A stretch of DNA of 64,000 nt from an uncultured Fibrobacterota bacterium (GCA_963753345.1 CAVWBU010000027.1:64001-128000); one strand, 5' to 3'; shown: positions 1 to 11,600, counted from the first letter of the stretch. Notes: generated by a model from the sequence alone, not told the origin. Numbers and translations are program-made.

Positions 1-220
1 CGAAATCGCAGAAGGTCCGAAGGATAAGCCCCAGGTCGAAGGGGCGGCTCGGGTCGATGTTGACCGCGCTGGTGTAGTGGATGACGATGACGTCGACGCA
101 GGCCGGGGACCGCTCGTCCCAGAGGTGCTTCTTGCCCTGACCGCGGATGAGCGAAGAGAGCGTAACGCCGTCGACCCGCATATCGTTGCCTGTGTCAAGC
201 AGGCATTGGGCAATGTTCAT
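1..220 (-). CDS. N-acetylmuramoyl-L-alanine amidase (Amidase_2/AmpD-like), 3' part outside window
   Basis: Manual translation MNIAQCLLDTG...VDVIVIHYTSAVNIDPSRPFD...; IVIHYT is the first Zn-ligand motif of Amidase_2. Not in the ORF track because it runs off the edge. Confidence 0.6.
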   Translation of the reverse strand, partial: MNIAQCLLDTGNDMRVDGVTLSSLIRGQGKKHLWDERSPACVDVIVIHYTSAVNIDPSRPFDLGLILRTFCDF

Positions 221-235
221 AGGTCTCGCCTTTGG

Positions 236-709
236 TCAACTGCCGTGCTTGTTCTGCAGCAGGGGAACGATGCGGTCGATATGGTCGGACAGGATTCTAA
301 AGGTCTTCCGGTAATCGCCGAGGGTGCCGCCTATCGGGTCTTTCACCCCCGATTTTCGCGCGTCGTTTCTGTCGGGCCACGCGCCGAGCAGAAATATGTT
401 TTCGTCAAGACGGGGGTAGAACAGTTTGAGAAAGTCCTTCTGGAGGCGTTCCATGGCGAAAATCAGGTCGGCGCGGGTGAGTTCCTCGGGGACAAGGGGG
501 CGGGACCGCTGCCTTGAGATGTCGATCCCGTTATCGGAGCATACCCGGACCGCAAGATCCGTCGGTGGAAGGTTGTCCATGCCGTGTATTCCCATTGACG
601 AAACGGCACAGCCGCGGCCCCCGGATTTTACCCATCTCGCCCGCATGATTCCTTCGGCCATCATACTGCGGCACCTGTTGGCCGTGCATACGAAAACGAT
701 GCTGATCAT
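236..709 (-). CDS. Low-molecular-weight protein tyrosine phosphatase family protein
   Basis: FVCTANRCRS P-loop (CX5R), DLIFAME and VKDPIGG motifs; ATG at 709 preceded by AAGGA. Confidence 0.9.
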   Translation of the reverse strand: MISIVFVCTANRCRSMMAEGIMRARWVKSGGRGCAVSSMGIHGMDNLPPTDLAVRVCSDNGIDISRQRSRPLVPEELTRADLIFAMERLQKDFLKLFYPRLDENIFLLGAWPDRNDARKSGVKDPIGGTLGDYRKTFRILSDHIDRIVPLLQNKHGS

Positions 710-844
710 AATTTCCTTTTTGTAAAAGATGCCGGGTGCGGGCATCGGGAACCCCGAAAATATACTATTTTCTGTTGTTCGCAGTTCTGTTGCAGCCCGG
801 CCCGCCGCGGGCCGCAAAATCCATCTAGTTCCGGAAGGAGCCCC

Positions 845-1192
845 ATGGCACTTACCAATGAGGAAAAGGCCCTTGTCGAAGAGGCAATGCAGGTGTATCT
901 CCAGATCGTGGCGCGTCAGCTGCCGCCGGCGCAGGTCCAGCAGGTTGCGCAGGTCGCGCGCGGCATACTTGACAAGCTCGATTCGGTGGCAAGCGGCGGG
1001 AGCGGCGCCAGAGGCAACAGGCCCGACGGCATCACCGACGAGTGGTTCAAGAAGGTGTGTCAGAAATGCGCCAAGCTTTCACCCACGGGCTGCACCGACA
1101 AGGTGACGGCGAAGTTTCCGGGCAAGTGCGACCCGATATTGCGATATGAGAATGAGAAGAAGGGGATTAAGGCGAGGGACAAAGAATTCTAA
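845..1192 (+). CDS. Hypothetical protein with C-terminal four-Cys cluster
   Basis: AAGGAG RBS; 115 aa; CQKC-x7-C-x11-C. Confidence 0.75.
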   Translation: MALTNEEKALVEEAMQVYLQIVARQLPPAQVQQVAQVARGILDKLDSVASGGSGARGNRPDGITDEWFKKVCQKCAKLSPTGCTDKVTAKFPGKCDPILRYENEKKGIKARDKEF

Positions 1193-1208
1193 GTCTCTAA
1201 AAGAAAGA

Positions 1209-1342
1209 TGGTCTGGTGGGGGAAGTTTCCGCCTCGCTGCGGCCTCCTCGACCTCCGGCCTGCGGTGTCCTCCGCTACCCCCTCCTGGGTGCACCCCAAG
1301 TGGAAGCAGTTGCAGAACCAGACACCTGTGTGTGGGCACCCG
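1209..1342. repeat. GC-rich structured intergenic element (REP-like or ncRNA)
   Basis: GTCTGGT/ACCAGAC and GTTTCCGC/GTGGAAGC complementary arms; GGGTGC...GCACCC. Confidence 0.3.
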
Positions 1343-1464
1343 AGAAGAGTAGTTGAAAAGTTGAATTGTTGAAGAGTCTTAAATTCAAACAGGACGCACT
1401 GACTAATTCGTTGCGGATGCCGATTGGCGTGGAAATAACATTGACTGAATGGATTTTTGTTGCC

Positions 1465-1602
1465 GCGCGTTAGGTGGACCGGAGGGTGCGCAAGAGCGCA
1501 TTGCCGGCCGACCCGGCCGCAAGGCGTAGGGCGGACGGCAACGAGGCCAACGGCCGAGCCCGAAGGGAGACCGGCCCGAGCGCGGCGAGGGAAACGCCCA
1601 AA
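1465..1602 (+). repeat. Palindromic intergenic repeat-like element (GCGTTAG...ACGCCCAAA type)
   Basis: Several short GC-rich hairpins; ends resemble an intergenic repeat I recall from FCB genomes (unverified). Confidence 0.35.
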
Positions 1603-1620
1603 TTATTGATCAAAAATTAT

Positions 1621-2904
1621 TTATCTAGTAGTGTTCACCAGCACGTAATTCTTCTTCCCTTTCTGCACCAGAATATATTTCCCATTAAGCAACACGTCGG
1701 TGGTGACCTTGTAATCCGCATCGGACACTTTGGCTTTATTTATAGACACCCCGCCGTTCTGAATGAGCCTCTTTGCCTCGCCCTTTGACGCGAGAATTCC
1801 AGACTTGACGGAAAGAAAATCCACGACGCCGATGCCTGTCTCGAGGTCGGTTCTGGCGATGGCCGCGTGCGGCACGCCCTCGAACATCGAAAGCAGATCT
1901 TTCTCCGAGAGTTTCTTCAGCGATTCCGCGGTGCCTTCGCCAAACAGAATCGATGAAGCGTCAACCGCCGCTTCCCAGTCGGCCTTCGAGTGCACGCGGA
2001 TGGTGATGTCCTTTGCCAGGGCTTTCTGCAGAGGACGCTCGTGCGGGGCCGCGTCATGCTCGCGGCACAGTGCATCGATCTCCTCCTTTGACAAAAGGGT
2101 AAATGTTTTGATGAAGCGCCGGGCGTCGTCGTCGGTGCAGTTGAGCCAGAACTGGTAGAACCGGTACGGGGACGTGAGAGAAGGATCGAGCCAGACTTTT
2201 TCGCCCGCCTCGGACTTGCCGAACTTGGTGCCGTCGGCCTTGGTGAGAAGGGGACAGGTGAGCGCGAACGCCTCTCCGCCCGCCTTGCGTCGGATGAGTT
2301 CGCACCCGGCCGTGATGTTGCCCCACTGGTCGGAGCCGCCCATCTGCAGGATGCAATGTTTATTTGTAAAGAGCCAGTAGAAATCGTATGCCTGCAGGAG
2401 CTGATAGGAGAATTCGGTGAAGGAGATGCCGCTTTCCAGGCGCGACTGCACCGAATCCTTGGCGATCATATAGTTGAGCGTAAGGTGCTTGCCCACATCG
2501 CGGAGGAAGTCGAGGAACCGTATGCCGCCGAACCAGTCGTCGTTGTTCACCATTTCCGCGCGGTTTTGGCCTGCACCGAAATCGAGGAACTTTGCGAGCT
2601 GTTTCTTGAAGCACTCGGCGTTGTGCCGTATTTCGTCCGGGGAAAGGAGCTTGCGCTCTTCGGTCTTGCCCGACGGGTCGCCGATCATGCCGGTGGCGCT
2701 GCCGACAAGAACGATGGGCGTATGGCCTGCTCTCTGGAAATGCACGAGCAGCATGATGGCAACAAGGTTTCCTATTTGCAAAGATGGCGCCGTTGGGTCG
2801 AAGCCCACGTAGCCGCAGATGCTCTTCTCTTTGAGTTTTTCCTCCGTGCCGGGCATGATGTCGCGGATCATGCCGCGCCAGGTGAGTTCTTCGACGAAGT
2901 TCAT
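1621..2904 (-). CDS. tyrS: Tyrosine--tRNA ligase
   Basis: [15 protein letters not shown] (HIGH-like), [17 protein letters not shown]-terminal S4 domain; start at MNFVEEL after AAGGA. Confidence 0.97.
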   Translation of the reverse strand: MNFVEELTWRGMIRDIMPGTEEKLKEKSICGYVGFDPTAPSLQIGNLVAIMLLVHFQRAGHTPIVLVGSATGMIGDPSGKTEERKLLSPDEIRHNAECFKKQLAKFLDFGAGQNRAEMVNNDDWFGGIRFLDFLRDVGKHLTLNYMIAKDSVQSRLESGISFTEFSYQLLQAYDFYWLFTNKHCILQMGGSDQWGNITAGCELIRRKAGGEAFALTCPLLTKADGTKFGKSEAGEKVWLDPSLTSPYRFYQFWLNCTDDDARRFIKTFTLLSKEEIDALCREHDAAPHERPLQKALAKDITIRVHSKADWEAAVDASSILFGEGTAESLKKLSEKDLLSMFEGVPHAAIARTDLETGIGVVDFLSVKSGILASKGEAKRLIQNGGVSINKAKVSDADYKVTTDVLLNGKYILVQKGKKNYVLVNTTR

Positions 2905-3110
2905 CAATGGTCCTTTGAGGATAATGAGCGTCCGTGACGATTTTTCAGATGGATAAAATACAACTTGCGGGAGGGTGTTCAAATCGTTTGTGAAAGGAGT
3001 GATGAGGAAATGGGGAGGGCGATCACCGATCGGCCAGGACCGAGGCGGCCCCGTTCTTAATAATCCGTTTCCCCGCGACCGGACAATCACATCCAGGGTG
3101 AAACGTCTCA

Positions 3111-5051
3111 CTACCTCCGGAAAAGTTCCACGGTGCACGAAGATGCCATTTTTGCGCTTCCGTCTTCTTTTCGGTAAAGAGCGACCAGGTAGGTGCCCGC
3201 CGGCAGAACTTTGTTCTGAGCCGACCGGGCGGTCGACAGATCAATCCGATGATTGCCGGCGGCAATCAACCCTTCGAAGACCGTTGCAACCGTTCTGCCC
3301 CGGGCATCCAGAACCGCCAGTGTCACCGGTTCACTTATCGGAATCGAAAAGTCTACCATGGTCGTCTCTCGGCACGGCACGCAACGAGTATCCCGACGGC
3401 CCGGTAAAATGCGGGCTTGCGGACCGGCTGCTGGTTAAAGCGCCGTCGATAAAAATGAGCTCGATGCCGTTGCCTGTTCCAAGGTTCCGCGAATACTTTA
3501 TGTCAATTGGATTGTCCCAATGCTCGAAAACGCCAAGGCTTTGCAGTCGTTGTGTCCCGGTCGCGTGATTGGGGTCATAGAATGTGCCTGAAGGCGGATT
3601 GTCCGCCTGTGCCGCTTCAAGCGAGATAATCTTCGGCGCCGGCGATTTTAGGGTACTGATACGGATCGGGGTCGAGTTGAAACAGATCGAAAAGCACGCT
3701 TTCAATCGCCACCGGATCCTGCGACGCAAACAAGCTGGAAGTCCAGCCTCCGTTAAAAGGTGCTACCGGCCAAGTATGGGGGACGGTATCATTGTTGTGA
3801 TTTCCCTCATAGAGTCCATCGACCAGATACACTACGGTTTTTCCCCCAAGATACGCGTGTCCCATGATGTCCACCAGGGCGCGGTAGCTTCCCGTTTGAG
3901 GCGACATGAAGGCAAGGCTCTGATGAAGATCGTAATAACCGCTGTCGGTCGGCAGGCGGATAAGCGATCCGTAATGGTTTTTTGCGCAGGCGGTAATGCC
4001 CCCGCCCATATGGGATTTCATGTTGGCAAGGCTGATGACGTAGGTGGCCTCCAGAATAGTGCTGGGCCACGTAATCCTGCTTCACGCCGGCCGGTCTGCA
4101 GCTCCAATACACCGGTGCCGTGGAGAATTCAACTTTCGTTCGGCCGAATTTGCCCGCATGATCAACGTAGTGGACATCAGGGAATTCTGCGTGACAGGAA
4201 TCATAATATTCATTGGGATAGTAGGCAGTTGGATCCCCGACTGAGATATCCAGCCTGATGTACCCCGACCACATTGATAAGCTGCCTCAGCAGCGCACGT
4301 ACGACCTGATGCGAGGTATTCATGTAATCGAGTTTTTTGTTGAGTGAGTACGTCATGCTGTCAACGCAGCAGTACGCCGGAAGATAATTGCAGAAGGTAA
4401 GGTTTATCTTTGACGGCGATTTTTTCTCCCGTCACATACCCGACGTTGCCGCGGCCATGAACATAATTATAGTAGCGAAACAAAGTATCCCAGGCTGATC
4501 GCGTCGTCTGTTTTCCCGCTGAGCTCACGCAAGGTCCGCGACATCATCTGGTCCACAACTGTTTGGTTTGTATGATTGCTTTCCCACCAGTGACCGTCAC
4601 CCAGACCTTTCCAATTTGACACAGTGGAATCGTGAACCCAGACAACGCGGCCGGGGTTTGCGCCCTTTGCATTGCCGATCGGAGCATCGGCTTTTGTTGC
4701 GGCAAACGTCGGCGAATGGGGCACGGAAATAAGTGTTCCTCCCGCGATTGCTCCAATTGCGATGCAAACTGCGGCCGTCAGATATTTCGAATGCAGCAAA
4801 TGGCTGCGAGCCCGTTTCAGAAAAAAAAGGGAAGTTCCCAACCCCAGCAGCCATAGGACGAACGTAGATGCGAGGGGTGCCGCGATTCGCATGCATGGGT
4901 ATGCGGCACGGCTTGGTTTGGGAATTACACGTGCAAGAAACCACAGGAGGGATGCGATCCCGAGAACGGGGAACAATAGCCACAAGGGGAGATGCCGTTT
5001 GCCTGCTTTTTGAAGAGAACTCTTTTGCAAAGGATCAAGAATCTCTTTCAC
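3111..5051 (-). pseudogene. DUF362-type secreted protein with C-terminal T9SS/FlgD-like sorting domain; about 6 frameshifts (pseudogene or assembly errors)
   Basis: Consecutive fragments give RVIPKPSRAAYPC..., PGRVVWVHD, KIAVK/INLT, MKSH..GITACAKNHYGS, SQDPVAIES, YSRNLGTGNGIEL, then VTLAVLDARGRTVATV...[11 protein letters not shown] start with AAGGAG. Confidence 0.75.
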
Positions 5052-5255
5052 ACGTTTGCTCCTTGAACTTGTTCTGCGCCAAAGCCGGAGTTGTGGTTCT
5101 CGTTTAATAATTTACATGGATTTTTAGGAATTACCAATAGTGCCGTGGAAAAAGTGTTTTCTGCAAGAGACCACTTGACCGTCGAGGCTTTTTCGTGACA
5201 GTGATATTGCATCTTCCTGCGACATACCGCTAAAATTATGAAGTTCAAATTTGTA

Positions 5256-5316
5256 TTGACAATTCGATTAAAAGTCGATATATTTAACTCCCGGTCGGAA
5301 ATAAGAACCCAAAGTC
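5256..5316 (+). promoter_or_regulatory. Sigma70 promoter with three phased putative TetR operator sites
   Basis: TTGACA(5256)-17 nt-TATATT; RAY-N5-GTC at 5266, 5286 and 5306. Confidence 0.65.
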
Positions 5317-5326
5317 AGGAGTTGGC

Positions 5327-5986
5327 GTGGATCCCAAAGAATTTCGCGAACAGGCGATCAAGGACGCCAAAAGCATGTTGATCCTTGATGCTGCCCGGAA
5401 GATTTTTTCGGAAAGGGGATACCTTAATGCGCGGCTCGAGGACATTGCCGCTACTGCCGGTTTTTCAAAGCCTTCCCTTTACAGCTATTACCCCGATAAA
5501 GAATCGATTTTCATGTCTCTTGCAATACGCGAAATGCAGGACGTTGCGCAGAAGATACAGGTCGCGGTCTCGTCCGGGGGCACTTTTACTGCAACCCTTG
5601 AATCCATCCTGCGCGTCATGTTCACGAATATTGCGCAGACATTTTCATATTTCAACACCGCGTCGAATTTCAGGGCCATGGGAGGTTTGGAGATCGATGC
5701 AAAAAAGCGCAAAGTGCTTATGGAACGTTTTCATGAGACCATGGCAAAAGGCCTTCATTCGATTGAAGAACTTATCCATCGGTCGCAGAAGGCGGGCGAG
5801 ATTTCCTCGAATCAGGAACCGGCCGAGCTTTCATGGTATATTGTTTCTCTGATCCAGGGCGTGCATATGCGCTCGTGGATGAGCGGGAAGGCATGCGATA
5901 TCGACACGTGCGTGCGTCAGGTGACGGATTTTATCATGAACGGGATTGCAGTACGAAATCAAAAATCAGGCAAGGTGCATGTATGA
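5327..5986 (+). CDS. TetR/AcrR family transcriptional regulator
   Basis: ILDAARKIFSERGY...LEDIAATAGFSKPSLYSYYPDKESIF HTH; AGGAG RBS with GTG start. Confidence 0.93.
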   Translation: MDPKEFREQAIKDAKSMLILDAARKIFSERGYLNARLEDIAATAGFSKPSLYSYYPDKESIFMSLAIREMQDVAQKIQVAVSSGGTFTATLESILRVMFTNIAQTFSYFNTASNFRAMGGLEIDAKKRKVLMERFHETMAKGLHSIEELIHRSQKAGEISSNQEPAELSWYIVSLIQGVHMRSWMSGKACDIDTCVRQVTDFIMNGIAVRNQKSGKVHV

Positions 5987-7545
5987 TGAAAAACGTTCTA
6001 TTCTCTTTTCGTAATGACGTCATTGGTAGCGGTTTTTTCGGTACGGCCCGGTATTTGCGGCGGATGTGGTGAAACTGTCGCCGGAAAAGGTGGTGGAACT
6101 GGCGAAGACGCAGAGCATGGCGGTGAAGGCGTCGGAATATAATGTAAAGGCGCAGGAGAATGCGGTGAAGTCGGCGGTAACAGCGTTTTTGCCGAGCGTT
6201 ACAGCGAGCGCAAGCGCGATGCACTTATACGACAAGCCGCAAATGGAACTCGGCAGCGGAGGCGGATTGTCCTTTTCGAGCCTGCCGGCAGGGATTGACC
6301 AAGGCGACATCATCATGCTCGAATATTTGGGACAGATGTTTTCCAATCTTAACATCGAGACGCCGAACAACATGTACAATGGAAGCCTCAATATTGCTCA
6401 GCCGATCTTTGCCGGCGGCAAGATCCTCAACGGCTATCGTGCCGCGAAGTTCGGCCTTGAGGCGCAGAAAGCACACCCATGGACGCACCGTCACCGAAAT
6501 CGGACTTGCAGCGCAGGATTTCTTCTGGGGATATGTCGGCGCGGTCAAGGGTCTTGATGCGGTGGTCGAAACCCGGCAGTGGCTTGAAACGCTCCTCAAG
6601 GACCAGAAGAAGATGCTCGACAACGGCCTCATCATCGAGCTCGACATGCTCAATACGAAAATCCAGGTTGATAATTTCAAGCTCACGGAAGAGAAAATGA
6701 ACAACGCCATCAAAACGCTCGGCGACCAGCTCCTGGTGTTTCTGGGTCTTGCGCCGGGCTCGGTGATTGACGCCGACACAACGATGCTTTCCGCCACGGG
6801 GCCCGGTTCCTTTGCGGCCTCAACCGATTCGATTGACCAATGGCTTGCCGGCCGTGAAGATATTCTCGCCATGAAGAGCCAGATAAAGGCGCTGCGGGCG
6901 ATGAAAGGTCTTCAGCTTGGCTCGTACTGGCCGACGCTTGCCGCATTCGGCAGCTATGGCGCGAACAATGAGTATTCCCTATACGAAGGAGAATTCAAGA
7001 AGAGCTCGTCCGTTGGCGTTCAGCTTTCGTGGACTTTGCTCGACTGGGGCAAGTCCTGGCGCGACGCGGAGAAAGTGCGTTGGCAGATGCAGGCTGCGCA
7101 GCTTCAGGCAGACAATATGCGCGACATGGTACGGCTCAAATATTTCGAGCTGAGCCGCAAAGTTGACGAAAGCGAAAAGGCATGCGATATCGCCCGTGAA
7201 GACCTCGAGACCGCGCAAAAGGCCCTCAAGATTGCGAAACTCAAATACGAGGCGCAGGCGATCACCAATACGGAATTGCTCAATGCAAGGAACCAATTGA
7301 CCGGAAAGATGGTCGCTTTCACCCAAGCGCGCATCAATGTGATATTGGCAATCGAAGAATTCAAGGTTGCGCCTTATTCCCCAGCGGGTTCGCCATCAAT
7401 GCAAGGTGGCAGTGCAAGCGGCACGGATGCAACGGGAGCGCAACAACAAGACGGTTCTTCACCGCCGGCAGGTGGCAGCGGTGGAATGGGTGGTGGCGCT
7501 CCGGGAGGAATGGGAGGCGGAGCGCCAGGCGGAATGGGTCAGTAA
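5983..7545 (+). CDS. TolC-family outer membrane efflux protein (3 apparent +1 frameshifts)
   Basis: Removing single bases at about 5990, 6047 and 6470 gives signal peptide MMKTFYSLFVMTSLVAVFSVRPVFA then OEP repeats (FLPSV, QPIFAGGK, YWPTL, SWTLLDWG); position in an RND operon. Confidence 0.85.
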
Positions 7546-7595
7546 ATTTGCGAAAACAGATTGTATAACGAAATATCAACGAAGAAGAGGACCTG

Positions 7596-8654
7596 ATGAG
7601 AAAAGAAATGTTGGCAGTGCTCGGCGCGTGCTGTGCCGTTGCTGTGGCATCCCTTTCCGGCTGCGACAGCCTGAAAAACCTGGGGAAGAAGCAGGCAAGG
7701 ACGGAGGCTGCGGTCCAGAGAATAAAGGTGGACGTCGCCATCGACACCGCTGTCCGCCGGACCCTGTACCAGGAACGCAAGCTCCTCGGCACGCTCTCGG
7801 CATACCGCGAAACCGACCTTGCCCCGCTTTCCATGGGGGCCGTGCGGGTGCGGTACCTGCCTGTCAAGATAGGGGACTTTGTGGAACAAGGCCAGATCGT
7901 GGCCAAGATGGACGACGCGCAGTATGTGCAGACCAACGCTCAGTTCGCGTCCATCAAGTCGCAATATGAGCGCTCCAAGGCGCTGTACGATTCGAGCGCA
8001 CTTTCCAAGGCGCAATTCGAAGGCGTCGAGGCGCAATATACGAGCATGAAGCGGCAGATGGAGACTATGGAGGAGAACACCGTTCTCAAGGCGCCGTTCT
8101 CGGGTTTGATAACCGCGAAATCCGTTGAGGAAGGTGAGCTGTATTCGACCCCCATGACGCCGGGTGCGTCAAAGGGACTTCTGCGCATCACTCAGCTCAA
8201 TCCGCTCAAAATAGACCTTGACGTGGACGACCAGACGGTCCAGTATGTCAAGAAGGGAATGCAGGTGCAGCTCACGGTCGACAATGCAAAGGACAGCCTG
8301 CCCGTATTGGGGAAGGTCGACTGGGTGAACCCGGTCGCGAATTCCATGAGCCGCACGTTCGGCGTGCGCATTATCGTGCCGAACCCGCAGCGCAAGCTGC
8401 TTCCCGGCTATTTCGCCGAGGTCCACATTCTTATGGGGAAGAAGGACAATTGCCTGAGCGTGCCGCGTTCTGCGATCGTGGACAGCAGGGTTTTCGTCCT
8501 CCGGGACAGCGTGGCGCTCGCGCAAAGGGTCATGGTGGGAATTTCCACCGAAAACTTTGCCGAAATTACGTCCGGTTTGAACGAGAGAGACCTGGTGGTG
8601 GTGAGGGGAAACAAGGCACTGCCCGACAGCGCAGAGGTGAATGTAGTCAAGTGA
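7596..8654 (+). CDS. RND efflux periplasmic adaptor (MFP), lipoprotein
   Basis: LSGC lipobox; VKIGDFVEQGQ, LKAPFSG, SRTFGVR, LLPG motifs. Confidence 0.93.
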   Translation: MRKEMLAVLGACCAVAVASLSGCDSLKNLGKKQARTEAAVQRIKVDVAIDTAVRRTLYQERKLLGTLSAYRETDLAPLSMGAVRVRYLPVKIGDFVEQGQIVAKMDDAQYVQTNAQFASIKSQYERSKALYDSSALSKAQFEGVEAQYTSMKRQMETMEENTVLKAPFSGLITAKSVEEGELYSTPMTPGASKGLLRITQLNPLKIDLDVDDQTVQYVKKGMQVQLTVDNAKDSLPVLGKVDWVNPVANSMSRTFGVRIIVPNPQRKLLPGYFAEVHILMGKKDNCLSVPRSAIVDSRVFVLRDSVALAQRVMVGISTENFAEITSGLNERDLVVVRGNKALPDSAEVNVVK

Positions 8655-8683
8655 AAAGTTGAAAGTTATCAAAGGAAGAAGCA

Positions 8684-11600
8684 ATGACAGAACAAGAATC
8701 CACAAAAAAAATCAACCCGCTGGTGGAATTCTCAGTAAGCAAGCGCGTGACCATCACGATGCTCATCCTTATCGTCATGGTGTTCGGGTTCCTGTCGTTC
8801 ACGCGCCTGCCGCTCGACATGCTTCCCGACATTTCCTATCCCGTGATCACCGTGATGACCTCCTACACCGGCGTGGCGCCCGAGGAGGTGGAGCGCCTGG
8901 TGACCGTGCCGCTGGAAGGCGTCATCGCGGGCGTCAATCGCGTGAAGAAGGTGTCGTCCACGACGTCGGAAGGATATTCCACCATTTCGGTGGAGTTCGA
9001 ATGGGGCACCAATCTCGACGCTGGCGGACAGGACATAAAAGACTTCATCAGCCGCATCAAGGACTTTTTGCCCGACGGCGTGAGCGAGCCGCTGGTCCTC
9101 AAATTCAACACCGCGCAGATCCCCATGATGTTTTCCGGCGTAAGCGGCATCGACAACCCGTACAAGCTCAAGAAATTCCTGGAAGACAACGTGCAGCAGA
9201 GGCTGCAGCGGCTTGACGGCGTGGCGCAGGTGCTTGTGTACGGCGGCACCGACCGCGAAATCCAGGTCGCCGTCGACCCGACGCGCCTCAAAGGCAAGGG
9301 ATTGTCGGTGGACGGCATTGCGACAGCGCTCGGCGCCCAGAACATGAACACGCCTGCCGGCTACATGGTGAACGGCGGCACCGACTACCTCGTGCGCGCC
9401 ATGGGCGAGTTCGCCAACATCGACGACATCCGCAACTCTATCGTCGGCGCGGCAGCCGACGGCACGCCGGTGCGGCTCTACGAAGTTGCCGATGTAAAGG
9501 ACACCTACAAGGAAAAACGGAGCCTTTCGCGCATGAACGGCCGGCCCACGGTGTTCCTCATCATTTCGAAACAGAGCGGCGCGAACACCCTTAAGGTGTC
9601 CAAAGCGGTCAACAAGGAAATCGAAGCGATCAAGAAGGCGAATCCGCAGCTCATCTTTCATACCATTTTCGACCAGGGCGAACCTGTGGAGCGTGTTACG
9701 GGAAGAACCATTCGTGAAGGCGTGATCGGCGCGTTTCTCGCGATAATCCTGCTCCTTATCTTTCTGGGCAACCTCAGGCCGACGCTTATTATTGCAGTGG
9801 CCATACCGCTTTCCATCATCACCACGTTCATCGCCCTGTACGTGGGGGGATTCACGCTCAACCTGATGACGCTGGGCGGTTTCGCGCTCGGCATAGGACG
9901 GCTTGTGGACGACGCAGTCGTCGTCATTGAAAACATCTACCGTCACCTCATGAAAGGCGAGCCGCCCAACGTGGCCGCGCGCAGGGGAGCGAGCGAGGTG
10001 AGCATGGCGATCGCGGCCTCCACCTTCACCACCATCATCGTGTTTCTGCCGCTCCTTTTTTCGACCGGGCTTGCGGGCCAGCTCACGCGCGGCCTGTGCC
10101 TTACCATCATGTTCGCCCTGCTGGCCAGCCTTTTTGTCGCGTTCACCATTGTCCCCATGCTGTCGTCGGTGTTCTTCCGCAAACCAAAAAAAGACAACGC
10201 GGCCTGGTTCGAAAGCGTCAAGGACTGGTACGGCTCATGGCTCACGCGCGTGCTCAACCATCCCTGGATCACGGCGGGCGTCGTGGGCGCGGTCCTTGTG
10301 GTGAGCCTTGTCGTGGGTGTCAAGTTCCTCGGCAAGGAATTCATGCCCGAGGAGGACAACGGCATGATGGTGCTCAATGTCGACATGCCGCAGGGAACGC
10401 CGCTGGAGGAGACCGCAGGACTCACCGCACAGCTCCAGAAACTGCTGGCATCGTATCCGGAAGTCGGTTTTGTGGGCGAAATGGTGGGCGTCGACGACGA
10501 AAGTTCGCGTCACGGGGAGGGCGTCACGGGCCCGAACGGCGCCCAGGTGTTCGTCCGCCTGCTTGACCCGGGAAAACGCACGAGGACGCAGCAGCAGATA
10601 CAAGACGATTTCCGTGCTCGCCTGCCTAAACTGAAGAACGCGAACATTACGCTGGCGTCGATGTCCGGGTTCAACATGGGGGGAGGCAAGCCCGTTGCCG
10701 TGAATATTTACGGCAGCAACCTCGCCACCTTGAGCGACATTTCGCAGAATGTTCTTGACAGAATAAAAACGATTCCCGGCATCAAGGAAGCCGAGTCGTC
10801 GTTTTCAAAGGCCAGGCCGGAGTATCACTTTGTCATAGACCGGCAAAAGGCGCTTCTGTACGGCCTGGCGCCCATCCAGGTTCAGACCGCGCTGCAGGCC
10901 GCAAACCTCGGCACGGTGGCCACGCAGTTCAGAACGGGCGACGAGGAGATCGACGTGCGCGTGATTCTTGACAAGCGGTTCCGGGACAAGCTCGATTATC
11001 TCCGGCAGCTGCCCCTGAAAACGCCCGCGGGCGTCACCATTCCGCTCAGCCAGGTCGCGACGATACTCCCCGCGGAGGGGCCGGTGGTGATCAAGCGCGA
11101 CAACAAGTTCCGCGTGGGCATCGTGGACGCCAACATCACGGGCAGGCCGCTCGGCGCCATTGTGTCGGATGTCAAGACGCAGCTTGCGTCCGTCGAAAAG
11201 TCCCTCCCGTCCGGCTATTACATTTCGTACAAGGGCGATTACGAAAACATGCAGGAGAGCTTCCAGCAGCTGGGATTGGCCCTGATCCTTGCCGTCCTTC
11301 TCATTTACATGGTGATGGCCTCGCAGTTTGAAAGCCTGGTGCATCCGTTCACCATCATGTTCACCATTCCGCTGGCGGGCATCGGCGTTGTCTGGATACT
11401 CCTGTTGCTCGGCAAAACCCTTTCCATGGTATCGTTTCTCGGCGTGATCATTCTTACCGGAATCGTGGTGAGCAACGGCATTGTCATGGTGGACTATATC
11501 AACCAGTGCAGACATGGCGGCATGGCCATTCGCGACGCCATCCTCGAGGGCTGCAGAACACGCCTCCGCCCGGTCATTATCACCGCCGGCGCGACCATTA

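Noticed and set aside
1285-1342. Possible SRP RNA (GGAAGCAG motif)
   Set aside because: The required TCAGG-N-CC-GRAA-GGAAGCAG helix-8 context is absent.
1465-1480. GTTAGGT resembling an integron attC core
   Set aside because: No matching RYYYAAC inverse core, cassette array or integrase.
2760-2810. TyrS HIGH motif reads QIGN
   Set aside because: Within the variation expected for bacterial TyrS; all other motifs are intact.
9880-11490. RND permease lacks the AcrB K940 equivalent and has Arg in TM4 (GRLVDD)
   Set aside because: This pattern occurs in known SwrC-like RND subfamilies; not novel.
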